The notes below the pieces were generated by a model. That model had not been told where the DNA came from. It made no database searches and was given only the letters and a program-made list of their open reading frames with translations. DNA of 64,000 nucleotides, taken from Azolla caroliniana (taxonomy: Eukaryota > Plantae > Polypodiophyta). A program made the position numbers and the translations under genes. Below are positions 49,101 through 63,158 of the stretch, piece by piece. The stretch is from positions 7,750,001 to 7,814,000 of the forward strand of contig JBHGNT010000017.1 in the NCBI GenBank assembly GCA_043228905.1, read 5' to 3'. Every line of letters starts with the position of its first letter. Within the stretch, counting starts at the first letter, position 1.

Positions 49101-50890
49101 CTATATGAATTGAATCTTCGGAGATCTATCCCTAGTAAACACGGTTCAATGTTCCGGCATGTATTCTGAAGAACCGGTTTACAATGTACATCAAATCTCT
49201 CATTGAGTACGTTCTCTGATGGAATTATATTCCCTGTGTTAGAACATGAGTAGAAAGGAAGAATCAGAATTCAAAACACCAACCATGAATATGGGGTCTA
49301 TGGAATGAAAAGTTCAGTTGTGGCAAATGCTTTACATCATGAAACTTCAGTCTCACTTTCCATTCTCCGGCTATCATGTAACACACTTGTCCCATTGCTA
49401 CAGATAGGCAATTTCTATTCCCATCATGAACCATGTCTGCCACAGAGACTAAAATGTAAGATCAACTATTACCACTCAATTTTATTCAGAAATCTGAGGT
49501 ATCCCATATCTTTGTTTTATATATTAGCATGTGAATGCCCTTGATGTTTGCATACCAATTGCCTATATTCAAAGGTTGTAACAAAAAGCAGTTTTGTCGT
49601 GTTTGACTTTGGTTGCATATATTGAAAACGCCTTTGGTCTAACATGGTTAAACTGGAAAGATCTTTAAATATGTGCAACTAATCTCCCTAAAGTTCTAGC
49701 CCTTGATTCTAATGCTTCACATTAAGCTCTAAGTGATGCATAGTAATAAATGAATCAGCAATGATAACGACACTGCATCAATACAGGTCCGTATTAAGTT
49801 TATTGACAACAATACCTTGGAATCTAATCTGTAAGATAGCTGTATAAAATAAGAAAATTTCAATGATGAAAATTAGACTAACCTCCAGAAAGTTGGTAAA
49901 TTTTGGATCTCTATTAACAATCAACCTGTGAACCTAAATAGGTCAAAGAAAGAGGAATCAGCATTCCCCAATCAACCATAAATGCAAATACAAAAAAGCA
50001 ACTGATTTTGGAAAAAGACAGGTTCTTGGTAAGAATTGTCACAATTATGCATCATAATTCAAGTTTCCCAATGTATTGTGATACTATAATTCTTATGCTG
50101 ATTTGATCATCTTTTTCCCATTTGCAATTCTGATCATTTTCAACTGCAGTACTTATATTATTATTTTCAACAAAGTTGTGAAAGGTGACTGCAGAAGTTG
50201 AAGCACCTTTTGCACAATTTTTACACTTCTGCCACTAACGTGAAATGAATGTATAACAGAGACTGAGTTTTGTAGTGATGAAAAAGTGTTCACTTATTCC
50301 TCAGTAAATAAATATTCTATTTTCATTACTGGAATGCTACTCTGCATTCTTTGAATGGAAAAATATGTACAGTTTTCTGATGCATTCCTTGGAAGGGAAA
50401 ACTTTACAACATTTACTTGAAAGGAAAACACATAGAAATTTGTATGAAACTCAGACCCATTAGCCGAGAGGAAAATATATATAAAAAATTCTATCACTTC
50501 CTTTAAACTTAGGGAGAAAATGTATGTATTCTCGCACTGAAATCTAATATCAAACTTCAAATCTAATTCTTTTAAACAATTCTGAAATCACATCTAAGTT
50601 TCTTAAAAGCTTCTACAATCAAATCTAAATCTCTTAAACAAATGCTGGAATCAGATCTAATCAATTCTTACCTCATATTCAAGCTTATGCTTCTCAGAAT
50701 CCTCAAGAGGGATATAGTATTTAGCCAGCCTCGTCTTTCCTTGTCTATTCTGAAGCAAGATGAATCGAATCTGGAACCAGATAAAAAAAAAGGTGGAGTC
50801 AAGATTTTGCATTCCTCTAGAATTCTGGAACCAGTTTAAAAAAGAAGACAAGGAAAAAAAGAGAGACAGAGTAGGAATTAGGTTTACCAT
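46158..50890 (-). CDS. AP17: AP-2 adaptor complex sigma subunit, 142 aa; exons 50888..50890, 50672..50770, 49883..49933, 46693..46866, 46551..46610, 46158..46199
   Basis: Spliced translation M|[19 protein letters not shown]...|[17 protein letters not shown]|[16 protein letters not shown]...[12 protein letters not shown]|[20 protein letters not shown]|[13 protein letters not shown]. All junctions are phase 0, and one uses a GC donor. Confidence 0.97.
46947..47045 (-). mobile_element. Short LINE 3'-end copy in an AP-2 sigma intron
   Basis: AAAGATATATTAAC...AGGCCAAAAATAGCCTATGAGAC resembles the LINE 3' end at 13744-13800. Confidence 0.7.
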
Positions 50891-51086
50891 GGCGACGAGA
50901 GCAGACAGAGAGAGGAATGGCGAGAAGAGCTTTCAAATTTCCAGTTCGCAATTTCTTTATGTCTACAGTCTAGCTACTTACCATGAACAGTGAACACACT
51001 ACACTCCTTTCTAATTTTCCCATGGAAAGAAAGAACACACTACACGCCATGTCTGTAAGACGTGCACTCTGTGTTGTGATCTCATC

Positions 51087-51335
51087 TAGGAATCTCCAAC
51101 GGCTCAGCTCAAGCCTCAACCGAACCGTTCAACCGTTTTGGCGGTTCGGTTTAGTCTGGAGCTCCCTTAACCGGTTTGGGATGGCTCAAGTCAAATTGAA
51201 CCGATTTAGGTCAAACTGGTTACCAAGCTAGTTAAGGCTTAATCGGCTTGGCAAAATCGGTTTAGGAATCGGTCCGGTTCAGGTTTGGAAACTCCCAAAC
51301 CGGTTAAGTCGAAACCATACCATTGTCGATTCCTA
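51087..51335. mobile_element. hAT-type MITE ~200 bp upstream of the AP-2 sigma start codon
   Basis: TIRs TAGGAATCTCCAACGG / CCATTGTCGATTCCTA; same family as the copy at 41959. Confidence 0.8.
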
Positions 51336-53865
51336 GATCTCTCATCGTGTCGAGTCAAGTCAAGTCAAGCCAAGTCAGGTCAAGTCAGGTTAAATCGGTT
51401 TGGGTCTGATCGCATGAAATCAGGTTAGGTATGATCGGTTGAAGTTGGGGCGATGATAGGATGTGGCAAAACCTCTGTAGATCGAAAGGACAAGGCAAAA
51501 CCTCCTTGCAAATCATTTCCAAGCCTTTGCTTTGAGAAGAACTCTCCAATATTTTGTCTCTCCCATTCCTAGAGTTTGTCCATGAGTACATCCAATGTTT
51601 CAACTGGGTAGCTTTTGGAGATAATGGGTCAATGTGAGTATTAGGTAACCAGTGGATGCTCTTCTTTCAACTCGCTCTAAATGAGTTCTTCTTCTCCAAA
51701 GAATTCCTTGAGGTTGTCATTGCATGATCCTTTTTCCTTGACCATCCTCAAACTTTCGCTTGAGTGCTCTCAAGCATAGTTTTGTGCATCAATATTTCTA
51801 TTAGGTTTGCACCTTGTCCAGAGGTTTCCCACCTATAATAGAATGCATGCAATCACTTCGTCTACACAATCAATCCCATGCATTTGGTTGGCCTCCCATA
51901 TATGTTAACATATCAATTCTTGTCTACCTCTTTAGTGGCAAACCATGTTTTTTTCAATTGCATTAGAGTTTAAATCTCACTTCTTGTACTGAGTCACTAG
52001 GTTTACATTGTACAACCTTTTACTGTTTGACAAATTAACTTAACTTATTAGCTTCATTGCATTTTCACTTATTGCACGAAGTTATTCTATATACATTTCA
52101 TGGCCTTTAGAGCTTTGTCAAACTACTTTTACTTTCCAAGTTAGCTACATCTATATTGATGGCCTTTTCTTTAATTGTAGGTCTTCGCATCTTTGTACTT
52201 GGAATTTTCTTTCTCTAATAATCTTGCATTTATTGCTCCAATAATCTGTTGTTTTCACAAAGAATTAAAATTTGCATATTCTCCTCTATCCCTCTCTCTT
52301 AACAAGTATTGTTATCTTTTGGAGGGCAATTCATTGTTTTCTCTCTTTACTAGCTTGCAAAGCCATTTTTTTTAAAGACAAACATGTAGTATGCATGATC
52401 TCAAAATAAAATAATGAAGGGGTTATATTATCAAAAATGTTTGCTCAAGTTTTGAACCCACCCACTTTAATATTGTGATGACTTTTGATATTAGACATTG
52501 TAATCTTATGAAATTCTTTAGGGACATATAACAACATATATAAAAGACAAAGGGAATACTTTCCATTGCATTTTAGCATATAAAGTCTTTTGCTATATAC
52601 AAATAGTTACAAAGGACGCACAACCATTACATGTGTCACGAACCAATGAAACAAGGGGATTCATGCATATCTTATTTGCCCATGGATGAAATGATATGCA
52701 AAATTGTCCATGTTCTCTCCTTGCACAATGTAAATCCAATGTTCATGAACAACCTAAGAGAGTGCAAGAGCGAGCTAACCTACTCTCAAAGAGCTAACAT
52801 GATAGACAAGTGGACAATGTCTCCAACGTTGTGTGGAAGTTAGCAAGAAACAAGGACAAAAGATGCCCATGTCTTCCAAATATCTATCTAAGTATAAGGG
52901 CTGAAGTGAAGAGACACAAATAAGAATAGTTGAATCCACGAGACACATTAGAAAAGCCATAAACTAAATGTCAAATCCACAATGTGGACTACAATGATTG
53001 GAGGCTCCTTCCATGCTTCTTGATTCAAGACATGATTCTTTTATTTGCATAGAAAGTGTTTCTCTTCTATAATAAGTTTAACTTATCATAACTTTGTTGG
53101 GAATTTAGAATCTTCTTCTCAAAAGTGAGTATTGATTTTGAGTTCCTTTCAACATGCTCGAAGAGTTGTAGATATTTTGATTATTATGATATTTGATACA
53201 AGAAAATACATGAAACAATTGCCAATTCATTTGAGACAGAATTCGATTCTACTCTAAAACATGAGTGTTGTTATTGCAAACATTTCTTTATGTTTATTGC
53301 AACCCTCTTTTGTTTCTGGTTGCTGGAGCAAAATGTAAAAAACTTGATATATGTAAGCAAAGTAGAAGATGTGTAGCGAAACAAAAGAGGTTCACTTTAT
53401 TTACTAACTCTTGGATCTGGTGTAAGCTTGATTGTGAGTTCAACTACTTTTTTGCAGCAATACTAGAATCTTCACTTCATTATAATTGATAAATATAAAT
53501 GTCTTGCAACATATGCATGAACTTAGTATTTCAAGAATACTAAATTGCATCAGATTGATTGATAATTTGCAAAGGTGTCCAATTCAATATGGATTTATTA
53601 ATTGATAATGGGAACATGTGATTGAGTTTAGAAATTTTAGACTATTATTTTTACATTGAACGTTTTGGTTATCATTGGCTACGTGAATGCAGGCCTTGAA
53701 TTGTTCCATTAATGTATCTGATAGGATATCATAACAATCACAAATATAAGTGTTACGGACTAACAGCAAAAAATCATGCGTTGACCTTGGATTATTGGAT
53801 AAATGGGAATAGAAACGGCTGCCTTAAAACAGTTCATTAGGTTAGTTTTGCAAGTAAATGCTGAG

Positions 53866-56800
53866 TTATAAATCAATGGGTACTTGTAAACCATCATACC
53901 CCAACTGAACATCTAAACCTTCAGATGTTAAAAGCTTTGCAAGTTGCATGTTTACGGTGTCATGATCCATGGTATGCATCATCCCTGTAGATATAATCAT
54001 TATATATTCAGTGCACTCTTTACTGATATGAACCTCGTCCATTGAACCAAAATAGAGTATTCATTTCGTGGCACTTTCTGAACACCCAAATATAATCAAA
54101 CTAAACAAGCACTTCAGGTTTCTGAAGGAATGAAGTATGACTTACCAATGAACAGTGTCTTTTTGGGTCGAATCTTGCGAACTTCTTCCAGAGCCTTCAA
54201 GCCATATCAACAAATGTCAACAAAAACTTTTGGACTTTCATGGTAGCTAAAAACGAAAGTCATTGAGTTATCTCATACCTGAGGTAGGGCAAAGTGAGTT
54301 GCACTGGACTTCTCTGGTCTCAAAGCATCCTTCACGAAGTCAAGATAATGAACATTTATTACGGAAATTTAACCGCACCAAATATATTTCTTGCCTATAT
54401 TATATTCTGCACAACAATTGGCATGGCACAAGACAAATCTAGACGTAAATGTTTTAAGCATAGCTAAAATGTCAGCTAAAAATATTGTAATGTAAGAAAT
54501 ATATTTGAGAGTGCGAACACATTTGACACAACTATCTAAACTGGACTCCTCCACAAAGTTCTTTATTACATATTTCCCTAGAAAAATCACAACATAAATA
54601 CTCAGACTTCTTTCTTGTACCAATTTAATCATAAAGGAAAATATTTTATAGAGAAGCCATGATCTCCCCCATGGCCAGTCTATCAGATGATGATTAACTA
54701 TCTAGTGTAAGTAAATGCTGATATCATGCTCAAGAAGGTGGAATGTATTGCTAAAAACATATAACCAGTTAATCATCACAAAGAAACCAGCATATATGTA
54801 GTTCTGAATGCCAGAAAACACATGTACAAAATGTTGGGCTAACCTTCCCCTGAGAACCTCCTCTACAATGTTTAACCTGGCACATGAGCTAATGCATAAA
54901 TTATTTTCTACTTTGTGGTTACGTCGTGCCCGAGGCCATGCTATCCTCATGATGTCTGCGTTCAGTATAGTTGTGATAGCTTGAATAGGCAAGTCAATAA
55001 TTTGACCGAATCTTCTCACAAAAAAGTGACATCAGCTAGCTGGTCTTTATGAAGGGTATCAAAATTTACCGTTTCTTGATATAACCAGGCTTTGAAACCT
55101 GAATTCTCCTGAAATTGCATAAACTAAAAACATAAAAAAACCTTTTGCACTGTTTGTCATAAGTAGGCACTATAATAATCATAACTTCCATCTCTCTTTC
55201 ATCTTCCTGTTTTGACTGCCTTCAATATTATCTGGACAATTACAGGAAGCTCCCTCTGCAACTTTGGTATAGGCATGATTGAGTAACAAGAACCAATTGT
55301 TGTGACTGGGGCAGTTGCAGAGGCCATAATGGTCCCCAACAGTGAAGTTCTGCTATCTATCATGTAGCCAGAATGTATAGGTTTTCTGATAAAGAGCAAA
55401 GGGCCGTCCATTTTTCATTCCACTCTCTACTTGCGATGACTTTCATTTCTTTTACAGGAACTTGTGTCTAGCATCTAACAGTATCGTTTTCCAGAAAATT
55501 CGATTACGCACCCAGGAATATGAATTAATGCGAAATCTTGCATGCGCTAGTGCAATACAAAAAGAAACATAGAATACCAAAGGGTCTCAGAAACCTATTT
55601 TCAATGTCTGAAAACGTTCAATATATACTTTTTTAGCTTATGATCAGTCAACCTCAACAGTTTTTTATTCATGGAATTACCAATATAAGGAGGTCACAGT
55701 TCTCCAGCAGTTGGTATGTTTCCTTGGGAATTTCACTAACATCACTGCAATAATAGTAGGAAAAATAAGCATAATTCCATTTACAGCTATGCTACAGGCA
55801 AAAGTATGTTTCGTTCTGTTTAGCTACATACCTTATGTAGCAGGTGTTACCGAAGCGAAAACCAAGGGACCGGTATCCTACTCCATGCCACACTGGCAAG
55901 GGTATAATCTAGATAATAAATGAGCACAATGAGAACTGGCTTCCTCATTATGAACTGTTAAGTTGATACAAAATAAGTTATTTCAAACATGCAATTTAGA
56001 AATTCATCAAGGTACTATGAACTTAATTTTTCATCAATGATCAACAGTCTTATTTGTAGCTCTACAAGATCTGTAGAGTAATGAAGAAAAGGGAGCAAAT
56101 CAGCTTACAAGGTCCAAGGTACTTTCACACCACACAGGACATGCCAGCCAAAACAATGAAAACTCCAGCATTCCAAATCTATCTGGCTAAGGTGGAATAG
56201 AAATTTTCACTTTACATGGTTTTCTGACCTATGATACATGTTGGATATATCTTGTTATAGATCTTACAGCTCACTTCCACTGAATATATACAGTTCCAGA
56301 TTCTTATTGTCAAATCAATGAGAGTTGTATCTTGATTCTTATGATGAAAGAAGGAAAAGAGAAACAATCTGCAAAACAGAACTGAGAAAGGCTATGGAAT
56401 TTAGATGAAAAAGTTGGTAAAAGCAAGAGAGATCAAGAATACTCAAAAAGGGGTTTAATCTCAAGAAAACAAGAATTAATCTCAAAAACAAAATGTATGT
56501 TTGGCATCCGCAAATGAATGTCAATAACAATAATGGATGTTGAAAGGCCATACAGGAGGATACAACGCTATTGTAATTGGTTTTCTATAATTCTGATCAT
56601 TTTATAGCTTGCCTTTAACAATGATAACATTAGCAATGGAAAGTAAACAGACGTCTACATGCCTGTGCAAAACTTGGTGTAGGGAATATCTACTTTTGTT
56701 TGTAATAGAATATGTATAAAAAAAAGAGAACTGTTCAACAATGATGTACGCATAAATTAACATATTCATACATTAAGTCCCTGCACAACAAATGGATGCT

Positions 56801-56990
56801 CTTCAATAATGTGAAACTGAAGCTTTGAAACTGCTGCACCAACGGTAACTACAGATGTATCAATTAAGTAATAGTGAGTCTTTCTCATAACCTGCACATA
56901 ACAAAGATGGTAAAACAGTGGCTTAACAGTTGCAATCAACTAAAAATTGGATATATAATGTCCATGTCATCACCTGCATAGCGTGAAGAT

Positions 56991-57050
<60 letters not shown>

Positions 57051-60000
57051 TATATATGTATATATATATATGTATGTATGTATATATATGTATATATATA
57101 TCACATATAAATATCTTTCCTAACACTTTTTTATCCCTGTTAATTCACACAAATGACCATTTTATCCATGTCTATACACTGGAGCTAGTATCATTACGAC
57201 TCAATACAGCTATTTTAAAATATCTCATTTATCACATGGACAATAGAGCAATTTCAATTTGCAGATTTAGTAATGTGATGAACTCATCTAATAGCTTCAC
57301 AATTTTCAGTAATGAAATATGTTATATGCAAACAAGGGAGGCTGTTACAATCATATAAATACATGTTCCCAGTAGATAACATATAGTGAAAACAGTGGAT
57401 TGTATGAACTTGCAAAGAAAACAATTGTACCTCCCCAGCCAGTAAACGTGGACCCTTCATATGCAAAGAAAAAACCATCCCATTTACTACAAAGAATATG
57501 CAAAATCACAAGTTTGCACTGTCTAAGAAACTAAATGGAGGGAGGTATAACTCCAGAAATGCAGCTAAGCATGGAACAAATAGGATATTCACCTAATTTC
57601 AAAGGCTAAATAGAATCCAAAAGTTCTAAGGTTGGTTCTTACATTGTAGTCTCGTTCAGCCACATATATAGGAACAACATCTTGAATATTATTTGTCCAA
57701 TCTCGAAGATCATCAAGCCCTATACCCAAAAATAAAGAAAGGTTAAAGTTATATCAATGTTTTTTAAGAGGCCAAAATGACCTATGGGACCAAATGAGAG
57801 ATTACATCTTAAAATGGTGTATCATCTTTGAGAACAACAAGAAATAAATATCACTAAAGGTTACAGGGCCTGGGTTCTAGGCTCAAGCAGAGAAAAATGG
57901 CCATGTAGCAGACTCGAGGATCTGTGGAGATGTTGCTGGAGTTGCGAGCTGGATTCATGCATGTGACTCGATTGCAGTTTGAAACCAGCACCATTCTGAC
58001 ATTTTCTGGACATCTTTATCCTAGTTTCAGGACCTTGTCTTCATGCATAATGCATTGGCTATGTTGGATTCTCAGAGACAATGTGTCAAACTCGACTATT
58101 CACATCGTGTTTAAAATAGTTTTGAATTGGAAGTATCTATCTATTTGTTTACTAATTTTCTTTTGTGATGCATAATCTGATTGAGTTAGAGGATCCAAGA
58201 ATAACTTACCACCAATTGCATCAGCATGAGAATGTGTAAGTATAACTGCATCCAACTCTCGTATTCTGAAGCCAATAGGACAGATACGGATTTAAAAACA
58301 GTCAAAATGCATTAGCTACAAGAACAATGGCAATTAAATACAAGAGAATGACAAAACATAGTTTTAAAAAAAGAGAAAGAATCTAGAAATAAATAAAATG
58401 TAATTTGGAGACTTGCCCATAATATGGGAACCATTCGAGGGCACTATGATAAAAGAATCTGCAATAATTAGAATCTTGATCAAAGAACCATCAGCCAAAA
58501 ACAAAACCATCAGCTAACAGGTGAATTAACATACTTGCCAGCATCTATAAGAATGTTGCGTACTCCATTTGGGGTTGAAGTTCGAACCACCACACTTGTG
58601 TTCCGACGTCTATTTTTGTTTCCACTCTGTACTGCTGACCAACAAACCTTGAAAAAGCCACATTTACAAATGAAGAACTTTCATGACCTTGATATTTCCC
58701 AACGAAACCTTTTTATCTCAATTACTTAAACATCCCCATAAGAATAAGTCTCCTAATCCAAAGCTTCTACGTGCATAGGTTATTTCAAAGATGAACTGAT
58801 CAGACTTGTTGCTTGAAAAATGAGACCAATTTACAAGAAGAAGCTTCAAAAACAGATATAATGCAGGATTAGCATTGCATTTTTTCACATCTGCCCTTTT
58901 TGTCTTTCTATATCTCACAGCAACAATGCCAAGTGCAAACTTTTCAAAAATGCTCCATCAGCATAAATTAATAGCAATTTACTTTTTGTCCTGCTGCACT
59001 TCTGAAAATCATAAAGAATGTGATATTGCTCTCACGTTCAATCTCCTTTTCACAATCTGGTTACAATCCTTTTCCAGTTTGTAAACACGGTATGCCTCCT
59101 CACAATTCAAAATTCTCACCCTCTCTTTCTCAGCAAAGCTTTGATGTACATTAAAGTTGAAATTTCCACTATGTGCTTTAGAAGTGCATGGACCTTAACC
59201 AGCTAGAGACTTACCATGTCAAGTCAAGATGCTGAAGAAATTGAGCAATCCCCTGGATCAAAAAACTTAATTTACCACATACAAACCATCTGTTGACAGT
59301 GATGAGGAGATCTACCATCACCATATGATTCTTCGATATTTCATAGTAACATGTCAACATCTATGGTATCCTCATGCTTTGAGGTCTTCGTTTTCTTTGC
59401 CACATGCATCCAGATTCTAGGAAGTTCTCTATATGTTCCATCAAATGCATGTAGTTTCTTTAAATTTTGGCATTAACCACTACCTAGAATCCTTCAATTC
59501 TTTAAACGCATGTTCCAGGTTCTCCATCATATTCAGCCTACAAACTTTCTTCTCACACAACATATATAATATCTTTAAACTGTCAAAATAGGCTTTTAAT
59601 AATCATTTTATATCATATTCCCTTAAAGTTATCCGATACGCTCATGTATGAAATATATACATGAAACGTTAAAGATTTTTGTTGGAGACGTACTTAGATG
59701 AGGCTGAATTTTCCAAATTTAGGCTTAAACTATGCTTTTGATAGCTTATACCACTTTAGCAGGTTCTCAACATCTTCATCTTCAAGCATATTACTAAAGC
59801 TCTAAATCTCTCAAGTTCCTTCCTCATTTTCTCATTCCACTCTTCATTATCTTTCACTGCATTTATTTTCATGCTGACAAGCCTCCTCATATGTAGCTGA
59901 TTCTTCATCCTTAATCTTATCTGTGAGGGTACTTACAAGTTTGGGGCATTTCCCAAGTAAAATGATATATCCTATTTCCAAAAACAAAATTAAGAGAAAA

Positions 60001-62071
60001 TAGCACTACATATGTCACACAAAATTTAACAGATCAACATGATATATAAACCCTCACTCACATAAAAAGAAGTGCAATTCAATATTCACAATTGCCTGAA
60101 AGGAATCTGAATATCAAATAGAGCATGGACCAAAGGGTTGCCTGAACATGCAAAGAAAAAAACTAACCATCAAACTTGTAAGACACTATTGCTGAATAAC
60201 TATTTGGTCGTCTTGATTGGATGGGAAATCTTTGCATAAATGTAAAACAGGTCCCATTAAGGATACTTAATTGTTCACATTAGCCGCCTTGAGGAAAGTA
60301 AAGGGGTACATCATCATCTACTACACAACCATCACATCCAAGGATCAAGAACCCAAGGAGACATTGCACACAAATTAGGAATCCCTAATTTTGTTGATAG
60401 TTCTACTACAGACAGTGTATATATGCAATAACCTGATTGTCACGGTAAATAAAAAAACTACAGGAACAACTGTAAGGAACCGTAAACAGCTTACAACATG
60501 CTTCATTCCAAGTCAAACTCATATATTAAGGAAATAAAGAAGGTATTATGATAATGTTAATCTTACATAGTCACAAGGATGTAGATTTACAACATGAGGC
60601 ATACCGGACACTTCTTTTGTGGATCTGTTAAGCAGCTAACCCTTGGAATACCTTCACTTGTACCTGTTCCAAGAAACAAGAGATACGATTTTCCTTGTTC
60701 CAAATCTGAAGTATTGTTTTCTTGTTTCCCCAGAAAACCATCAGGAAAACTTGAATAGTTTCTCAAATATGCCCGTTTCTGTATTCATCAACAAATAACC
60801 AAAGTAAGCATATTGTAGGACAGAATTGAAACAAATTCAAGTAGTGCAACATTATGAATAGATCAAGGATACATAGTGCCTTGAGTTTCTCCTCACAAGA
60901 AAGAAAGAAATATTAACGTCTTTTAAGAGGCCAAAATGGCCTATAAGACCAAACAAGAGATTACATCTTAAGTGTTGTCTCGTCTTTGAGAACAACAAAT
61001 AAATAAATAAATAAAGTAAATAATACTCCATAATTAAGGGCAGCCTGACCAATAAGAATGACTACACAAAGCCCTAAAAAGGAATGGAAAGAGATAATTC
61101 AGAGAACACTTTTTTAGAAGTACTATTATGTTACTGGTCACAGAAAGAAAGAAAGATATATTAACGTCTTTTAAGAGGCCAAAATGGCCTATAAGACCAA
61201 ACAGACAGAAAGAAAGATATATTAATGTTTCTAAAAGATGACAATGGCCTATGAAACCTGACAAATATTACAACTGTGTCTATTAAGTCATCAATGGGAC
61301 TTGCAAGTAACATAAGCATGATAACTTTCTACACTAGATTACTAAGACTAAATGGCTTGAAAATCACGAAAAACCAATAATCAGGTTTGGTGCATGATCA
61401 TTGGAATTTCGAACTGAAATGCTGCCCTCTAAAAATATACATCATGTGATGATGTAAGATTGAAAGTTTAGTGGGACGAGGAGAGTGTCTCCTTGCCATG
61501 TGATGATGGCTTTGACCATATGAGGATTTGAACATTGGGATCATGCCCTGGCATTGGCAATGTCCACATCAAAGAGCCACAACTCCAGCTCTTGCCCCTC
61601 CCACCAGTCCTGACTCCACCACTTTGGCATGGGATATTTGCTTGTTCATAATGTAGAGTGTCCCTAGCATTATCTGTGCAGAAACAAATCCATCAAAATT
61701 CTCTGCCTAGGTGGATTTGCAGGCAACAATCTCTCCCTCAATATCCCCTCTCTATGTCTCCTTATCTCTAGAAGGAAGAGCATTAAGAATCTAAGTGAGA
61801 AACCTCGATACATGTGAGAACCCCAGCATATGCATTTTAATTATAAGTAAATGACTTCATCGCTAGAAGCGAGTAAAGAAGTGATGACAATGGCGACGGA
61901 TCTTAATCCATACAAACAAATAGTCAAAAGAACTTTCAAAACATGTGTAGGGAAATGTCGCTGTAGGCATTGACTGAATTGCTGCAAGCAAGGTGAATGT
62001 GTATGTGCAATTCGAGTTATCAATCTTAAATCTTTCATCAGAGAGGTTTGGCTAGCCTTGTAACGCTCCAT
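53866..62071 (-). CDS. Metallo-beta-lactamase-fold hydrolase (PhnP-like); exons 60605..60778, 58535..58647, 58417..58458, 58210..58265, 57643..57719, 56772..56891, 55832..55908, 55681..55744, 54279..54329, 54146..54194, 53866..53984, plus a probable first coding exon from ATG 62071
   Basis: Phase-consistent splicing gives FLGTGTSEGIPRVSC...NRRRNTS...ILIDAGKFFY...THSHADAIGGLDDLRDW...PVWHG...YISDVS...DALRP...THF...GMMH...GYDGL. The donor of the N-terminal exon is not resolved. Confidence 0.93.
56994..57101 (+). repeat. (TA)n/(TATG)n microsatellite in an intron
   Basis: Direct reading. Confidence 0.95.
57734..57850 (-). mobile_element. Short LINE 3'-end copy abutting a splice acceptor of the MBL gene
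   Basis: TTAAGAGGCCAAAATGACCTATGGGACCAAATGAGAGATTACATCTTAA, homologous to the 46947 and 60897 copies. Confidence 0.7.
60897..61260 (-). mobile_element. Three short LINE 3'-end copies (60897..61000, 61142..61202, 61203..61260)
   Basis: Each reads (GAAA)n-GATATATTAA.GT...(G)GCCAAAATGGCCTAT on the plus strand; the third is more degenerate. Confidence 0.8.
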
Positions 62072-62675
62072 GTTACTCTTTATGCCCTGTTCTGTCTAAA
62101 GTAATTACACTAATGTGGACTGAATGAGGTAGATTTGTTCAGAAGCTCTGTTCAAGTCACTATTTAAAGTTTCAATTGGTTAATAAATTTAACGTGGCTG
62201 TAAATGGATGGAGGCGATTTTATAAGGAAATCCTTCAAGTTTCAACATTGACTTTGAGATGTAACAAAAAATGCTTCAAAATTATTCTCGATTGTGAAAC
62301 CTGTAGAGATTTGACAATCAGCAAGCCTGATGTATCTAAAGTACTTATAATAAATTGAAATGTAAATCCTTCAAAGGTCTTCTTAAGTGTGAAAATCGAG
62401 CTTGGGAAGTAAACTAAGCTTACGTGTGATGAGAAACCCTACAAGATCAAGGTCATGGACTTAAACACCAGATATTCAGCAAAGATCACTGAGAGAAGAA
62501 AGGGAAAAATGCACATTGGCGGTGAGATATATATCACAAAAAATCCTTCGAATACATAATTAATTGTGATATTTTCTTCACCTTAGAAAGCTCCGAAATC
62601 TCTTAGCAAGCTGAGAAACTCTAACAGATGAAGATCACATACTAAACCAAAAATATGCGATATTGAGGAAAGGCC

Positions 62676-62677
<2 letters not shown>

Positions 62678-62716
<39 letters not shown>
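62678..62716 (+). repeat. (GA)n microsatellite in the probable 5' UTR/promoter of the MBL gene
   Basis: Direct reading; a (CCT)n tract follows at ~62870-62893. Confidence 0.9.
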
Positions 62717-62720
<4 letters not shown>

Positions 62721-63017
62721 AAGTACCCGGTGAGTAAGTATGTGTTTATTGAGAAGGAAAGGAATGAAAGAGGAGGATTTGAAGGTTCCATGGAATGGGA
62801 GGAAGAAGCTCGAGGATTTCAGCAGAATTCCTGCCATATCTACGTACACGACGATTCCTTTTGCTGGTTCCTCCTCCTCCTCCTCCTCCTCCTCTTTCTG
62901 TTTCTTCTGATTGTAGGTGTTTTGTTTCTAGTACCATAGTTTTGGGAATTTATACATTTAGCCTCGAACAAAAAACCATCGCCACTTTTATGAGAGATCC
63001 TCATCATGAACCCTTTC

Positions 63018-63158
63018 TCTTAAATGGTTTGGTTTAAATGGCTTGAGAGTTCACAAACGGTTTGTTTTTGTTTTTGTTTTATATAAATGGTTCGGTTGAG
63101 TTCAACTCGGTTTCAAGGCAAAGAAGTTAAACCAAACTGAGCCCATTGCTGCCTCTAG
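63018..63158. mobile_element. Partial hAT-type MITE
   Basis: GGTTTGGTT/AAACCAAAC motifs and a right TIR-like CCATTGCTGCCTCTA. Confidence 0.55.

Noticed and set aside
47050-49800. Short ORFs in the long AP-2 sigma intron (also 51385-52400, 54700-55500, 59100-59900)
   Set aside because: Probably very old LINE or other TE debris, but too decayed to assign by eye.
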